From an uncultured Mycoplasma sp. (lineage in GTDB: Bacteria > Bacillota_I > Bacilli_A > RF39 > UBA660): a stretch of DNA of 64,000 bases. The stretch is taken from NCBI GenBank assembly GCA_964616405.1, contig CAZTRE010000001.1, positions 320 to 64,319 of the forward strand. Reading direction: 5' to 3'. Positions 30,591 to 40,278 of the stretch are shown piece by piece. Under the pieces are notes generated by a model that did no database searches, had not been told where the DNA came from, and was given only the letters and a program-made list of their open reading frames with translations. Both the position numbers and the translations under genes were made by a program. Every line of letters begins with the position of its first letter. Within the stretch, counting starts at the first letter, position 1.

Positions 30591-31368
30591 AAATCAAATT
30601 AAAGTAACCATATTATCAATAAAATATGCCATAATGAGAGAAATGCTAAATAAAGCAACTTTTATATCAAACATTATATTCATGGTTTTAAATAATGCAT
30701 GTATGCTTGTTCAATGGGTAGTTTTATTCTCTATAAAAAGTAATATGGGGGGTTATACATTTAAACAAGTCCTACTTTTATGGGGAATGGCCGCAGGAGT
30801 ATATGGCGTTTCACACTTCTTCTTCAAAAAATGTTTTAGTTTATCGGATACAATTAATAGTGGTAAATTAGATGCCTATATTGTTCAACCCAAAAATATT
30901 TTAATATCTACTATAACTTCAGATATTGAAGTTTCAGCTTTAGGGGATATGTTATTTGCAATAATCGTCTATTTCATTTATGGATTTACACCTTTAGGAT
31001 TTTTCTTATTTATATTCTTCTTAATAACAGGAGGATTAATGTTAACAGCTATTTCTATAATTTTACATAGTCTAAGTTTTTGGTTTAGTAATGCAGATAT
31101 GGTTGCAGATGTTGGGAATTCATTAATGATTAATTTTGCTACTTATCCCGATGGGATATTTAAAGGAATAACCAAATGGTTACTATATACTTTAATACCG
31201 GTTGGTATTGCAAATTATATTCCTGTAAAGGTAATAACTGAATTTAATCCGCTCCTTTTTACTATAAATATATGTGTTTGTATAATATTAATAATATTAG
31301 CCAACATGACATTTTATAAAGGATTAAAAAGATATGCATCTAGTAATTTAATGAATGCTAGAATCTAA
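30574..31368 (+). CDS. ABC-2 type permease (second, paralogous subunit)
   Basis: It has six predicted TM helices, is the same size as the preceding gene and overlaps it by 17 nt. Confidence 0.7.
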   Translation: MLMAVKNQIKVTILSIKYAIMREMLNKATFISNIIFMVLNNACMLVQWVVLFSIKSNMGGYTFKQVLLLWGMAAGVYGVSHFFFKKCFSLSDTINSGKLDAYIVQPKNILISTITSDIEVSALGDMLFAIIVYFIYGFTPLGFFLFIFFLITGGLMLTAISIILHSLSFWFSNADMVADVGNSLMINFATYPDGIFKGITKWLLYTLIPVGIANYIPVKVITEFNPLLFTINICVCIILIILANMTFYKGLKRYASSNLMNARI

Positions 31369-31454
31369 TAAGCAACTTTAACAAATTTATTAAATATCTC
31401 ATTAACAATATCATAGATATGATGCAATTAAATCGAGATTATAGTATGAACATA

Positions 31455-31489
31455 CAAAAAGGAAAACGACTTATCAAAAGTCGTTTTCC
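31455..31489 (-). terminator. intrinsic terminator of the PASTA-protein gene
   Basis: A 10-bp stem GGAAAACGAC (31461-70) / GTCGTTTTCC (31480-89). On the minus strand it is followed by U5 (31456-60). Confidence 0.7.
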
Positions 31490-33516
31490 TATCTAATTAT
31501 ATCTAAAGTAATTTTTGTGCAGAATGAAATCCATTTTCCATCATATGAATTACTATTACATACACTACCACTTGTAGTAGAACCATTAGGGCAACTATTA
31601 ACCCAATTTGCAACTATTGTAAATCCTGGATTCTGAGACTTAGTAGAAGCTAACACTTGCTCTCCTGTATTTCCAACGCCTACAAAGAAAGTTTTACCTT
31701 TAGATGTATCACAACTTTGAGCAGGAGGGGTAGAACCGCCGCTATTTCCACCAGAAGAACCACCATTGTTAGAGCCACCTCCAGAAGAACATTTTCCAGT
31801 ACTTAGTGTTACTGTAACTGTTGCTCCTTGGGATGCCTTAGAACCGGCTTTTAATGACTGTTTAACAACTTTACCCGATTCTACACTATTACTACAAGCA
31901 TATACAAAATTGTAATTAAATCCAGCATTCTTCAAAGTAGAAGAGGCTTGACTTTTAGTTGAACCAACAACATTAGGAACAACAGATTCCTTACCATCAG
32001 AGATAACTATAACAATTACATCATTATTCTTAATAGTTTCTCCATTTTTATATGAATAACTAATTACATTACCAGCAGCAACACTATCACTAAATTCATG
32101 TTGTTCCTCGTATTTAATTCCATATTTATCAGCCCATTCCTTAAACTGATTAACATCATCAAACTTACCCATCTTCAATTTACCACGAGATACTACAACT
32201 TTAATTAAGTCGCCCTCAGCAACTTTATCACCTTTTTTGTAATTAGCGCTGATAACATTATTTTCTTTGACGGTGTCATCATATTTATCACTAAATTCTA
32301 ACTTTAATTTATTAGCAATAACCCATTCAGTAATTTCAGTCATTGACATACTAGTTAAATCAGGAACCTTAATTTCAGGACCTTTACTAAGTGAAACAAT
32401 AATGGTTTCTCCATCAACTTTAACCATCTTACCAGGTTTAATACTTTGAGTAACAACAAGTCCTTTTTTTACCTTACTAGAGAAGACATCTTTAAACTCA
32501 TAATTTAAATGATTTTGTTTCAAATAAAACATCGCTTCAAATTTACTCATACCACTTAAATCCTTAAGTTTAACTTCACTAAATTGTAACTCTTCACCAT
32601 ATGAGAAAATTAATTTTAATTCTTCATTTCGTCTCATATTACCAGTTTTACTTTGTTCAACAACAGTATTTACCATTTTGGTTGATTCAATAAAATCAAC
32701 ATGAACATTAGTTAAATGATTCTCTTTTATAAATTCTAGTACTCGTTCACTATCCCAAGACACCATGTTAGGAATAACAACTTCCTTATCAGGATTAGGC
32801 CCTTCACTAACTGCAACGGTTAATGTTTTAACATCTTTAATTTTAGTACCAGCTTTTACATCCTGTGAAATAATGTGGTATTCAGGAATCATATCACTAT
32901 ATTCATAATCCTGAACCACATTAATTTTATTAGCTTCGCTCCATTTAATAACCTCAGTCAATTCTTCCCCGCAAAAGTTACTAACTTCTAGATTCGGAAA
33001 AGTTATAATCTGAAAAGTCATTAACATTCCAAAGACAAAGTATCCAAGTAATATAAATGAACTTATAAAAAAGCCACTCTTATTCTTTCTATTAGTTGTA
33101 ATTGATACTGATACAAAAAACAATGTAAATAACATCAGTAGTAAACTATTAATTAAAGTTATAATAGAATTAGTCTGTGTATAAAATAAACTAATTATAA
33201 AATAAGCTAAACTAGTAAGTAACACTAGTATTAAGAAAGTATGCACAAAAGGATGTTTAAAATTCTTTTTATCTCTTTCTAATGCCATTGCTTTTTCCTC
33301 ATGATATTTTTCCCTTGATACTATATTTTTTTCCTTCTCAGGACGCTTATCAAAAGATTTGCCTTCGTGAATAACTTTATCTATCTTTTTATCTTTCGTA
33401 TTATTATCAGCTGTAATCCTAACAAGGTTTCGATCATCATCATTTTGATTTATATTAACTTTAGGTTTAGTAGTCTTCTTTTGTGAACTACTATTTTTAG
33501 TTTTTTTCTTACTCAT
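31489..33516 (-). CDS. membrane protein with six extracellular PASTA repeats and a Cys-rich C-terminal domain; no kinase or transpeptidase domain
   Basis: A Lys-rich cytoplasmic N-terminus is followed by three TM helices. Then come six ~65-aa repeats fitting the PASTA pattern (for example VVPNVVGSTKSQASSTLKNAGFNYNFVYACSNSVESGKVVKQSLKAGSKASQGATVTVTLSTG). A G/S/N linker and an ~80-aa C-terminal region with 5 Cys (6 counting the one just before the linker) follow. Confidence 0.8.
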   Translation of the reverse strand: MSKKKTKNSSSQKKTTKPKVNINQNDDDRNLVRITADNNTKDKKIDKVIHEGKSFDKRPEKEKNIVSREKYHEEKAMALERDKKNFKHPFVHTFLILVLLTSLAYFIISLFYTQTNSIITLINSLLLMLFTLFFVSVSITTNRKNKSGFFISSFILLGYFVFGMLMTFQIITFPNLEVSNFCGEELTEVIKWSEANKINVVQDYEYSDMIPEYHIISQDVKAGTKIKDVKTLTVAVSEGPNPDKEVVIPNMVSWDSERVLEFIKENHLTNVHVDFIESTKMVNTVVEQSKTGNMRRNEELKLIFSYGEELQFSEVKLKDLSGMSKFEAMFYLKQNHLNYEFKDVFSSKVKKGLVVTQSIKPGKMVKVDGETIIVSLSKGPEIKVPDLTSMSMTEITEWVIANKLKLEFSDKYDDTVKENNVISANYKKGDKVAEGDLIKVVVSRGKLKMGKFDDVNQFKEWADKYGIKYEEQHEFSDSVAAGNVISYSYKNGETIKNNDVIVIVISDGKESVVPNVVGSTKSQASSTLKNAGFNYNFVYACSNSVESGKVVKQSLKAGSKASQGATVTVTLSTGKCSSGGGSNNGGSSGGNSGGSTPPAQSCDTSKGKTFFVGVGNTGEQVLASTKSQNPGFTIVANWVNSCPNGSTTSGSVCNSNSYDGKWISFCTKITLDIIR

Positions 33517-33697
33517 TAGATACCTCCATTATTATATATATAATTATATAATAAAAAGTTATATTTTTAAATAAGTACTAGATATTTAAACGTCTATTTT
33601 TGTAAAGAAAGTGTAAATAAGCAAATATCTTGATTTATAATGAAAAAGTGCTTGAATTGTGTTACAATATTTTTAGAAAATGAGATAGGGTGGTAAG

Positions 33698-36013
33698 ATG
33701 AATAAGTATATAAAAGAAAATTTTAGTAAAATAATCAGTATTTTTATTTTACTTCAACCAATATTAGACTTATTAACTGGATTATGCGTAAACTTATTAG
33801 ATATAAATATTACGATTGGCATTATTATCAGAATGTTATTTTTAGTATTTATCATTTTCACAACCACCATTGTTTATAAAAAGAAAACATCTTTAGTAGT
33901 CTACTTAAGTGTCTTAATTTATTCACTATTATATTTACTAGGTGTAATCATTTATAAAGATGGAGTAGTATTTACTGAGTTACAAGGATTATTAAAAGCA
34001 CTTTATTTCCCATTAATATTAATATCTTTATATGATTTAAGAGAAGAATTTAGAATAAGTAGCATGACATTATTTACCACTTTATTTATGTATTTAGTGT
34101 TGATACTCATCCCAAATATCTTAGGTATTGGCTTTGCCAGTTATGAAGTAGCTAAAGAAGGAAATTTAGGATTCTTTAATGCCGCTAATGAAATAAGTGC
34201 TATTATTGCTATACTAACACCACTAATGTTTATAATTATTAAAGACTTAAAAAGTAAATTTTTAAAAATTATTTTCCCTTTAATTTATCTAATTGTAATA
34301 CTAATCATTGGAACCAAGACTCCATTACTTAGTTTATTAATCACAATCGGTATGGCTTTTTTATACTATGTCGTAACTTGCATCAAGAAAAAAACTTATA
34401 AACCAATTTTTTATGTAGGAACAATTGTTATTATTGCTTTAACCAGTTTGTTACTAATTTTACCTAAAACAACATTTTATAAAAATATAAAAATTCACTT
34501 AGATTTTTTAAAGGTAGACAGCATTGTTGATGTATTTAAGAATAAAGAGTTAATAGATCATTTTATCTTTAGCCAACGTTTAACATTCTTAGAAGATAAA
34601 GCCGAAATTTATGCGGATGCCTCTTTCTATGAAAAACTCTTTGGAATAGGGTACACAGAAGATAAAACAACAATGAAATTAATTGAAATGGATTATTTTG
34701 ATATTTTATATAGTCATGGAATTATAGGCTTTATCCTTATCTTTTCAATTTATGGCTTAGTTTTATATCAAATAATGAAAGAACAAAAGCAAAGAAACTT
34801 TAAAAATTATATGCTAAAAGTAAGTCTTTTATTAATAATTATTCTTTCACTTCTAACAGGGCACATTATAACCGCTCCAGCGGTAAGTGTTATTGCGATA
34901 GCTCTAATAATAGAGTTATATCCAAGAAAGAAGAAAGATTTACTTTTTACAGCAGTTGATTTCAACATTGGTGGAATCGAAAAATCTCTAATTAGTCTTT
35001 TAAATCAATTTGATTATAATAAATACAATATCACTGTTGTACTTGAGAAAAAGCAAGGAACTCTTTTACCAAATGTTAACCGAAATGTTCATCTAGAAGA
35101 AGTAAAAGTTTCAAATCATAAAAATGTTTTTCTTAGAAAAGGCTTAAACTTCTTTCGAAAACTTGTATTTACAATTTTAAATTATAATAAATATGATTGC
35201 AGTTCTTGTTATGCAACATATAGTCTAAGTTGTAATAAACTCGCTAAAGTTGCTTCCAAAAACACACTATTCTTTATTCATAGTGATTATACTTTAATTT
35301 ATAAAGATGAAAAAGAATTCTATAAATTCTTTGAAGAAAGAAAAGTAGATGAGTATCACAAAATCATTTTTGTCACCAACGAAGCTAAAGATAATTTTGT
35401 AAAAAAATATAAAAATCTAAAAGATAAATGTGCCGTTTACGCAACCTTCGTTGAAGTAGATGATATCTTAGAAAAAAGTAAAGAAAAAATTACTGTTAAG
35501 AAACCACGTGGTAAAAAACTTTTAGTCTTTGTAGGTCGCCTAGAAGATCATTCAAAAAAGGTATCTCGTGCTATTAACTTAGTGAAAGAAATTGATAACA
35601 TTGCTCTATGGGTAGTAGGAGACGGACCAGATAGAAAAATGTATGAGGAACTAGTTAAAAATGAAAAACTTGAAAAGGATGTAACTTTCTTTGGAATGCA
35701 GAAAAATCCATATCCATATATTGCCGCAGCAGACTATGTAATTTTAACATCCGATTATGAAGGATTCGCTCTGATTTATCAGGAAGCTATCATTTTAAAT
35801 AAAGAAATTATTGGTACTATTGATGTAAGCGATTCACAAATGAATATAGGAAAAGACTTTGCTTTTATTGTTTCTAAAGATGAAAAAAAGATGATTAAGG
35901 AAGTAAAAGAAATTCTAAAAAGTAAAGGAAAAATGAAAAAAGTAGATTATAAAAAGATTCAAAAAGAACGTTTTGAGAGTCTAGAAAAGATTTTTAATGA
36001 GGTGATCATCTAA
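33698..36013 (+). CDS. fusion protein: O-antigen ligase/polymerase-like (Wzy_C) polytopic membrane domain plus C-terminal GT1(GT4)-type glycosyltransferase
   Basis: The first ~410 aa have about 12 TM helices and a large loop (EMDYFDILYSHGIIGF), typical of the Wzy/WaaL family. The C-terminal ~360 aa have the GT-B retaining signature (LVFVGRLEDHSKK...VVGDGPDR...SDYEGFALIYQEA). Confidence 0.7.
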   Translation: MNKYIKENFSKIISIFILLQPILDLLTGLCVNLLDINITIGIIIRMLFLVFIIFTTTIVYKKKTSLVVYLSVLIYSLLYLLGVIIYKDGVVFTELQGLLKALYFPLILISLYDLREEFRISSMTLFTTLFMYLVLILIPNILGIGFASYEVAKEGNLGFFNAANEISAIIAILTPLMFIIIKDLKSKFLKIIFPLIYLIVILIIGTKTPLLSLLITIGMAFLYYVVTCIKKKTYKPIFYVGTIVIIALTSLLLILPKTTFYKNIKIHLDFLKVDSIVDVFKNKELIDHFIFSQRLTFLEDKAEIYADASFYEKLFGIGYTEDKTTMKLIEMDYFDILYSHGIIGFILIFSIYGLVLYQIMKEQKQRNFKNYMLKVSLLLIIILSLLTGHIITAPAVSVIAIALIIELYPRKKKDLLFTAVDFNIGGIEKSLISLLNQFDYNKYNITVVLEKKQGTLLPNVNRNVHLEEVKVSNHKNVFLRKGLNFFRKLVFTILNYNKYDCSSCYATYSLSCNKLAKVASKNTLFFIHSDYTLIYKDEKEFYKFFEERKVDEYHKIIFVTNEAKDNFVKKYKNLKDKCAVYATFVEVDDILEKSKEKITVKKPRGKKLLVFVGRLEDHSKKVSRAINLVKEIDNIALWVVGDGPDRKMYEELVKNEKLEKDVTFFGMQKNPYPYIAAADYVILTSDYEGFALIYQEAIILNKEIIGTIDVSDSQMNIGKDFAFIVSKDEKKMIKEVKEILKSKGKMKKVDYKKIQKERFESLEKIFNEVII

Positions 36014-36930
36014 TGCCAAAATTTAGTATTATTATTCCTGCTTATAATATTGAAAAATATATTGATAAGTGTTTAAAAAGTGTATTTAATCAAACATATA
36101 CAGATTATGAAGTTATAGTTACTGATGATGGATCTACTGATCAAACAGTAGAAAAAATTAAAAATTATGATGTTAAATTTATAGAAAATAACCATGTTGG
36201 TGTTAGTGAAGCTAGAAACATTGCCATCAAAAAAGCCCAAGGAGAATACCTTGTCTTTTTAGACAGCGACGATTGGTGGGATAAGGATTTATTAAAACAT
36301 CTTGCTAGTAGTAGTAAAAACAATCCCGATTTAATCAGATTCCAAATGCGCACAGTAACAGAAACCGGCGAAAAAAAAGATTTTAAAGAAGCAGCATTTA
36401 CAGGTAAAAGTGGGGAAGAGGCCTTTTCATTAGTAACTAAATTTCACTTTGTTGATGCGGCTTGTTGTTATGCCATAAAAAGAGACTATTATGTAGAAGA
36501 GAAATTTGCTTTTGCCAAAGGAAGAGTCCATGAGGACTATGGACTTATGCCTTTAATAATAATTAAAGCTAAATCTGTTAATTGTATTTCATATGTTGGT
36601 TACAATTACTTTAGAAGAACAGAAAGTATTATGAATAACCCAGACTATAACTGGATAAAAAAGAAAACAGAAGATTGTTATTATCACTACTTTAAATTAA
36701 TTGAGGAAATAGACAAAACAAATTTAGATAGTAAAGTATTTAAAAGTTTTATCGCTAACACCTTAATATTAAAAATTTGTTCATTAAATAAAAAAGATTA
36801 TAAGGAATACAAGAAAAAATTAAAGAAAAATAATGTTTACGATAATATACTTGCTGATACTTTTTCAAGAAAAGTTAAAAAGCAATTGTTAAAAGTATCA
36901 CCAAAATTGTATTACAAAATTGTTAAATAG
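36013..36930 (+). CDS. GT2 family glycosyltransferase
   Basis: FSIIIPAYNIEKYIDKCLKSVFNQTY...VIVTDDGSTD...FLDSDDW. The start overlaps the previous stop (TAATG). Confidence 0.85.
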   Translation: MPKFSIIIPAYNIEKYIDKCLKSVFNQTYTDYEVIVTDDGSTDQTVEKIKNYDVKFIENNHVGVSEARNIAIKKAQGEYLVFLDSDDWWDKDLLKHLASSSKNNPDLIRFQMRTVTETGEKKDFKEAAFTGKSGEEAFSLVTKFHFVDAACCYAIKRDYYVEEKFAFAKGRVHEDYGLMPLIIIKAKSVNCISYVGYNYFRRTESIMNNPDYNWIKKKTEDCYYHYFKLIEEIDKTNLDSKVFKSFIANTLILKICSLNKKDYKEYKKKLKKNNVYDNILADTFSRKVKKQLLKVSPKLYYKIVK

Positions 36931-36948
36931 GTAGAAAGAAGTGTTAAT

Positions 36949-37887
36949 ATGCCAGATATTAGTATAATTGTTCCAATTTATAATGCCGAAAAATATCTTG
37001 ATAAATGTCTAGATTCTTTAGTTAATCAAACAAAAAAAGAACTAGAATTTATTTTGGTAAATGATGGTTCAACTGATAATTCTGAAAAAATAATAAAAAA
37101 ATGTACAGATAAAAGAATTAAATATTTCAAAAATAAGAATCAAGGAATTGGCAAAACCAGAAACTTTGGAATTGAAAAAGCGACTGGTGAATATTTAATG
37201 TTTTTAGATAGCGATGACTATCTTTCCACAGATGCCTGTGAAAAACTTTATAAAAAAGCTACAAAAGAAAAGCTAGATATGGTTGTCTTTGATTTTTATC
37301 GTGTAGAAAAAAAGGAACTAGCTCCAGTTATTATTCCAGATTTTGTTAACTCATCATTAAAAGAAAATAACAATTTATTATTAGATATAAACTTAGGTCC
37401 ATGTAATAAATTATATAAAAGAGAAGTAATTACTAATAATAACATCAAATTCCAAGAAAATTTAAAGTACGAAGATACTACCTTTGTAGTTGAGACAATT
37501 TACAATTCCAAGAAAATTGGCAAATTAAATGAATTTCTTCATTATTATGTTATTCATAATCAAAGTGAAACAACTGTAAGGGATGAAAGAGTTTTTGATA
37601 TTATAAAAATAGTTGATATAGTAAGAAAATATTTAAAAGGTAAAAACTTAGATGAAGTAGTAGATAAACTAACGGTTAGAATATTAACTAACTATACTAT
37701 CCAACAACGTAATCAAATAGATAAAAAAGTAGGGATGAAGTTCATCAATGAAGCCTTTGCCTATCTAAAAAAAGAAGTACCAGATTATAAAAATAATAAG
37801 TATTATGAAAATAGAGGCTTTTTAAGGAAATCAATTGAAAAAAGCCAATTATTATCCAGGCTTTATTGTAAATTGTATAAAAGTTAA
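36949..37887 (+). CDS. GT2 family glycosyltransferase
   Basis: ISIIVPIYNAEKYLDKCLDSLVNQT...ILVNDGSTD...FLDSDDY. Confidence 0.85.
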   Translation: MPDISIIVPIYNAEKYLDKCLDSLVNQTKKELEFILVNDGSTDNSEKIIKKCTDKRIKYFKNKNQGIGKTRNFGIEKATGEYLMFLDSDDYLSTDACEKLYKKATKEKLDMVVFDFYRVEKKELAPVIIPDFVNSSLKENNNLLLDINLGPCNKLYKREVITNNNIKFQENLKYEDTTFVVETIYNSKKIGKLNEFLHYYVIHNQSETTVRDERVFDIIKIVDIVRKYLKGKNLDEVVDKLTVRILTNYTIQQRNQIDKKVGMKFINEAFAYLKKEVPDYKNNKYYENRGFLRKSIEKSQLLSRLYCKLYKS

Positions 37888-38017
37888 AATATGTGTTAAA
37901 GAGACAACAAAATACAAAGCATTAATATAGAGATTTAAAAAAATGAAATAAATTATTATAAAAAAGCAAAAACAAAAATTAAAAATTTTGTTTTTTTGTT
38001 GAAATATAAGCCAAAAA

Positions 38018-38046
38018 ATTTACAAACAATGGCTATTGTGATAAAA
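38018..38046 (+). promoter_or_regulatory. sigma-A type promoter in front of the capE/fnlA-like gene
   Basis: TTTACA (38018-23), 17-nt spacer, TAAAAT (38041-46), preceded by TGa (extended -10). An AU-rich hairpin with a T-run at about 37968-38000 lies just upstream. Confidence 0.55.
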
Positions 38047-38122
38047 TGAAATTGTCTATTATCGATAAAATATGCAAAGGTAAAACTAAGATAATAGTTT
38101 TTATAGGGAAAGAGGTAAAATA

Positions 38123-39130
38123 ATGAAAAAAGACATATTTAAAGACAAAGTTCTATTAATTACAGGAGGAACAGGATCATTTGGAAACGCCGTACTAAAA
38201 CGTTTTCTAGATAGTAGTCTAAAAGAAATCAGGATATTTTCAAGAGATGAAAAGAAACAAGAAGATATGAGAATAAAATACAACAATGATAAATTGAAAT
38301 TTTATATAGGAGATGTAAGAGATTATAGAAGTATTGACGATGCCATGGATGGTGTAGATTATATTTTCCATGCGGCAGCTTTAAAGCAAGTACCATCTTG
38401 TGAATTCTTTCCAATCCAAGCCGTTGAAACTAACATATTAGGAACAAATAATGTTTTGGAAGCAGCAGTAAATCATAATGTCAAAAAAGTAATAGTATTA
38501 AGTACTGATAAAGCTGCATATCCAATTAACGCCATGGGTATGAGTAAGGCTTTAATGGAAAAGGTAGCTGTAGCAAAAGGAAGAAATTTAAACGAAGAAC
38601 AAACTATTATTTGTAGAACAAGATATGGTAATGTTATGGCATCACGTGGTTCAGTTATTCCACTATTCTGTGATCAAATAGAACAAGGGAAACCACTTAC
38701 GATAACTAACCCAGAAATGACAAGATTTATGATGACGTTAGAAGATGCTGTAGACTTAGTAATTTATGCTTTTGAAAATGGAAAACAAGGAGATTTATTT
38801 GTACAAAAAGCTCCAGCAGCAACAATTGATGTATTAGCTCAAGCTGTAAAAGAATTGAAAAATTCATCTGCTCCAATCAAGCATATCGGTTCAAGACATG
38901 GAGAAAAATTATATGAAGTTTTAGTTACAAAGGAAGAAATGGTTGGTGCTGAAGATCTTGGTGATTACTATAGGGTTCCAGCGGACAACAGAAACCTTAA
39001 TTATGCTAAATATGAAAATAATGGGGATAAGAAATTAGATAAGGTAGAGGAATATAACTCTCATAACACTAAGAGATTAGATGTTGAGGGAATGAAAAAA
39101 TTATTACTAAAACTAGATTTATTTAAGTAG
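38123..39130 (+). CDS. capE: UDP-N-acetylglucosamine 4,6-dehydratase/5-epimerase (CapE/FnlA type)
   Basis: There is near-colinear similarity to my recollection of S. aureus Cap5E: LITGGTGSFGNAVLKRFLD, IRIFSRDEKKQ, YHAAALKQVPSCEF, RYGNVMASRGSVIPLF, MTRFMMTLEDAVDLV, RHGEKLYE and YNSHNT.RLDVEGMK. Confidence 0.85.
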   Translation: MKKDIFKDKVLLITGGTGSFGNAVLKRFLDSSLKEIRIFSRDEKKQEDMRIKYNNDKLKFYIGDVRDYRSIDDAMDGVDYIFHAAALKQVPSCEFFPIQAVETNILGTNNVLEAAVNHNVKKVIVLSTDKAAYPINAMGMSKALMEKVAVAKGRNLNEEQTIICRTRYGNVMASRGSVIPLFCDQIEQGKPLTITNPEMTRFMMTLEDAVDLVIYAFENGKQGDLFVQKAPAATIDVLAQAVKELKNSSAPIKHIGSRHGEKLYEVLVTKEEMVGAEDLGDYYRVPADNRNLNYAKYENNGDKKLDKVEEYNSHNTKRLDVEGMKKLLLKLDLFK

Positions 39131-39137
39131 GTGAAAT

Positions 39138-40235
39138 ATGAAAGTACTTATTACTGGCTCCAATGGTTTTATTGGAAAAAACTTAAAAGCACACTTATGT
39201 GAACGAGAAGATCTTGAAATTATTGAATTTGATAAGGAAGATTCCTTTGATAAAATAGAAAAAAGAATTAATGAAATAGATTTTATTTTCCATTTAGCAG
39301 GCGTTAATCGCCCTCAAACAAGTGAAGAATTTTATGAAGGGAACTCCGACTTAACAAAAAAAATAGTTGACTTAATAAAAGATAAAGAAATTCCTCTTTT
39401 AGTTACATCTTCTATCCAAGCCATTAAAGATAACGATTATGGAAAAAGTAAAAAAATAGCTGAAGATTATATTAAAGAAAATTTAAGTAAATATTATATA
39501 TTTAGACTTCATAATGTATTTGGTAAGTGGTGCCAACCTAATTATAATTCTGTAGTTGCAACATTTTGTTATAATATAGCCAACGATTTAGATATAACAA
39601 TAAATGATGAATCTACTTCGTTAGATTTAATATATGTAGATGATATTTGCTATGAATTTGAGAAAATATTAAATGGTAAAGATCCAAGTGAACAAATTGA
39701 TGGAATATGCTATATTAATCCTAGATATAATGTTACTTTAGAGTATATTGCAAAAAAATTATATGAATTTAAAGAAAGCATGAATTCAATTTATGTCCCA
39801 AATACAGGAGATGAGTTTACTAAAAAACTATATTCAACATTTATTAGCTATCTACCCCTTGAAAAAACATATTGTTCAGCTAAGAAAAATGTTGACGAAA
39901 GAGGCAGCTTTACAGAGCTTGTTAGAACAAAAGAATGTGGTCAATTTTCTGTATCTTTTAGTAAATCAGGGATAGTAAGGGGAAATCACTATCATCATAC
40001 TAAACTAGAAAGATTTATTGTTATTAAAGGAAAAGCTAAAATAGGTTTTACAAACGTTATAGATGGGTCCCACTATGAATTTATAGTTGATGATTCTGAT
40101 ATCAAAGTTGTAACAATCCCAGTTGGCTATACACACAATATTGAAAATATTGGTGATGATGAAATGATTCTGGCTATTTGGTGTAATGAACTATTTGATA
40201 AGGCAAAACCAGATACATATTTTAAAAAAGTTTAA
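39138..40235 (+). CDS. capF: CapF/FnlB-type bifunctional reductase/epimerase (SDR domain plus cupin domain)
   Basis: ITGSNGFIGKNL, HLAGVNRP, FGKWCQPNYNSVVATFCYNIA, then the cupin part DERGSFTE...GNHYHHTK.E.F.V..G...PVGYTHNIENIG...KPDTYF, as in Cap5F. Confidence 0.85.
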   Translation: MKVLITGSNGFIGKNLKAHLCEREDLEIIEFDKEDSFDKIEKRINEIDFIFHLAGVNRPQTSEEFYEGNSDLTKKIVDLIKDKEIPLLVTSSIQAIKDNDYGKSKKIAEDYIKENLSKYYIFRLHNVFGKWCQPNYNSVVATFCYNIANDLDITINDESTSLDLIYVDDICYEFEKILNGKDPSEQIDGICYINPRYNVTLEYIAKKLYEFKESMNSIYVPNTGDEFTKKLYSTFISYLPLEKTYCSAKKNVDERGSFTELVRTKECGQFSVSFSKSGIVRGNHYHHTKLERFIVIKGKAKIGFTNVIDGSHYEFIVDDSDIKVVTIPVGYTHNIENIGDDEMILAIWCNELFDKAKPDTYFKKV

Positions 40236-40278
40236 TGTTTAATGCAAAATAATAAAAGTAAGAGAAAGAAGGTAAAAA

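Noticed and set aside
31419-31496. 25-aa ORF (MMQLNRDYSMNIQKGKRLIKSRFPI) in the gap after the ABC operon
   Set aside because: It has no SD, its 3' half is the terminator hairpin of the PASTA gene, and it has no leader-peptide or bacteriocin-like features.
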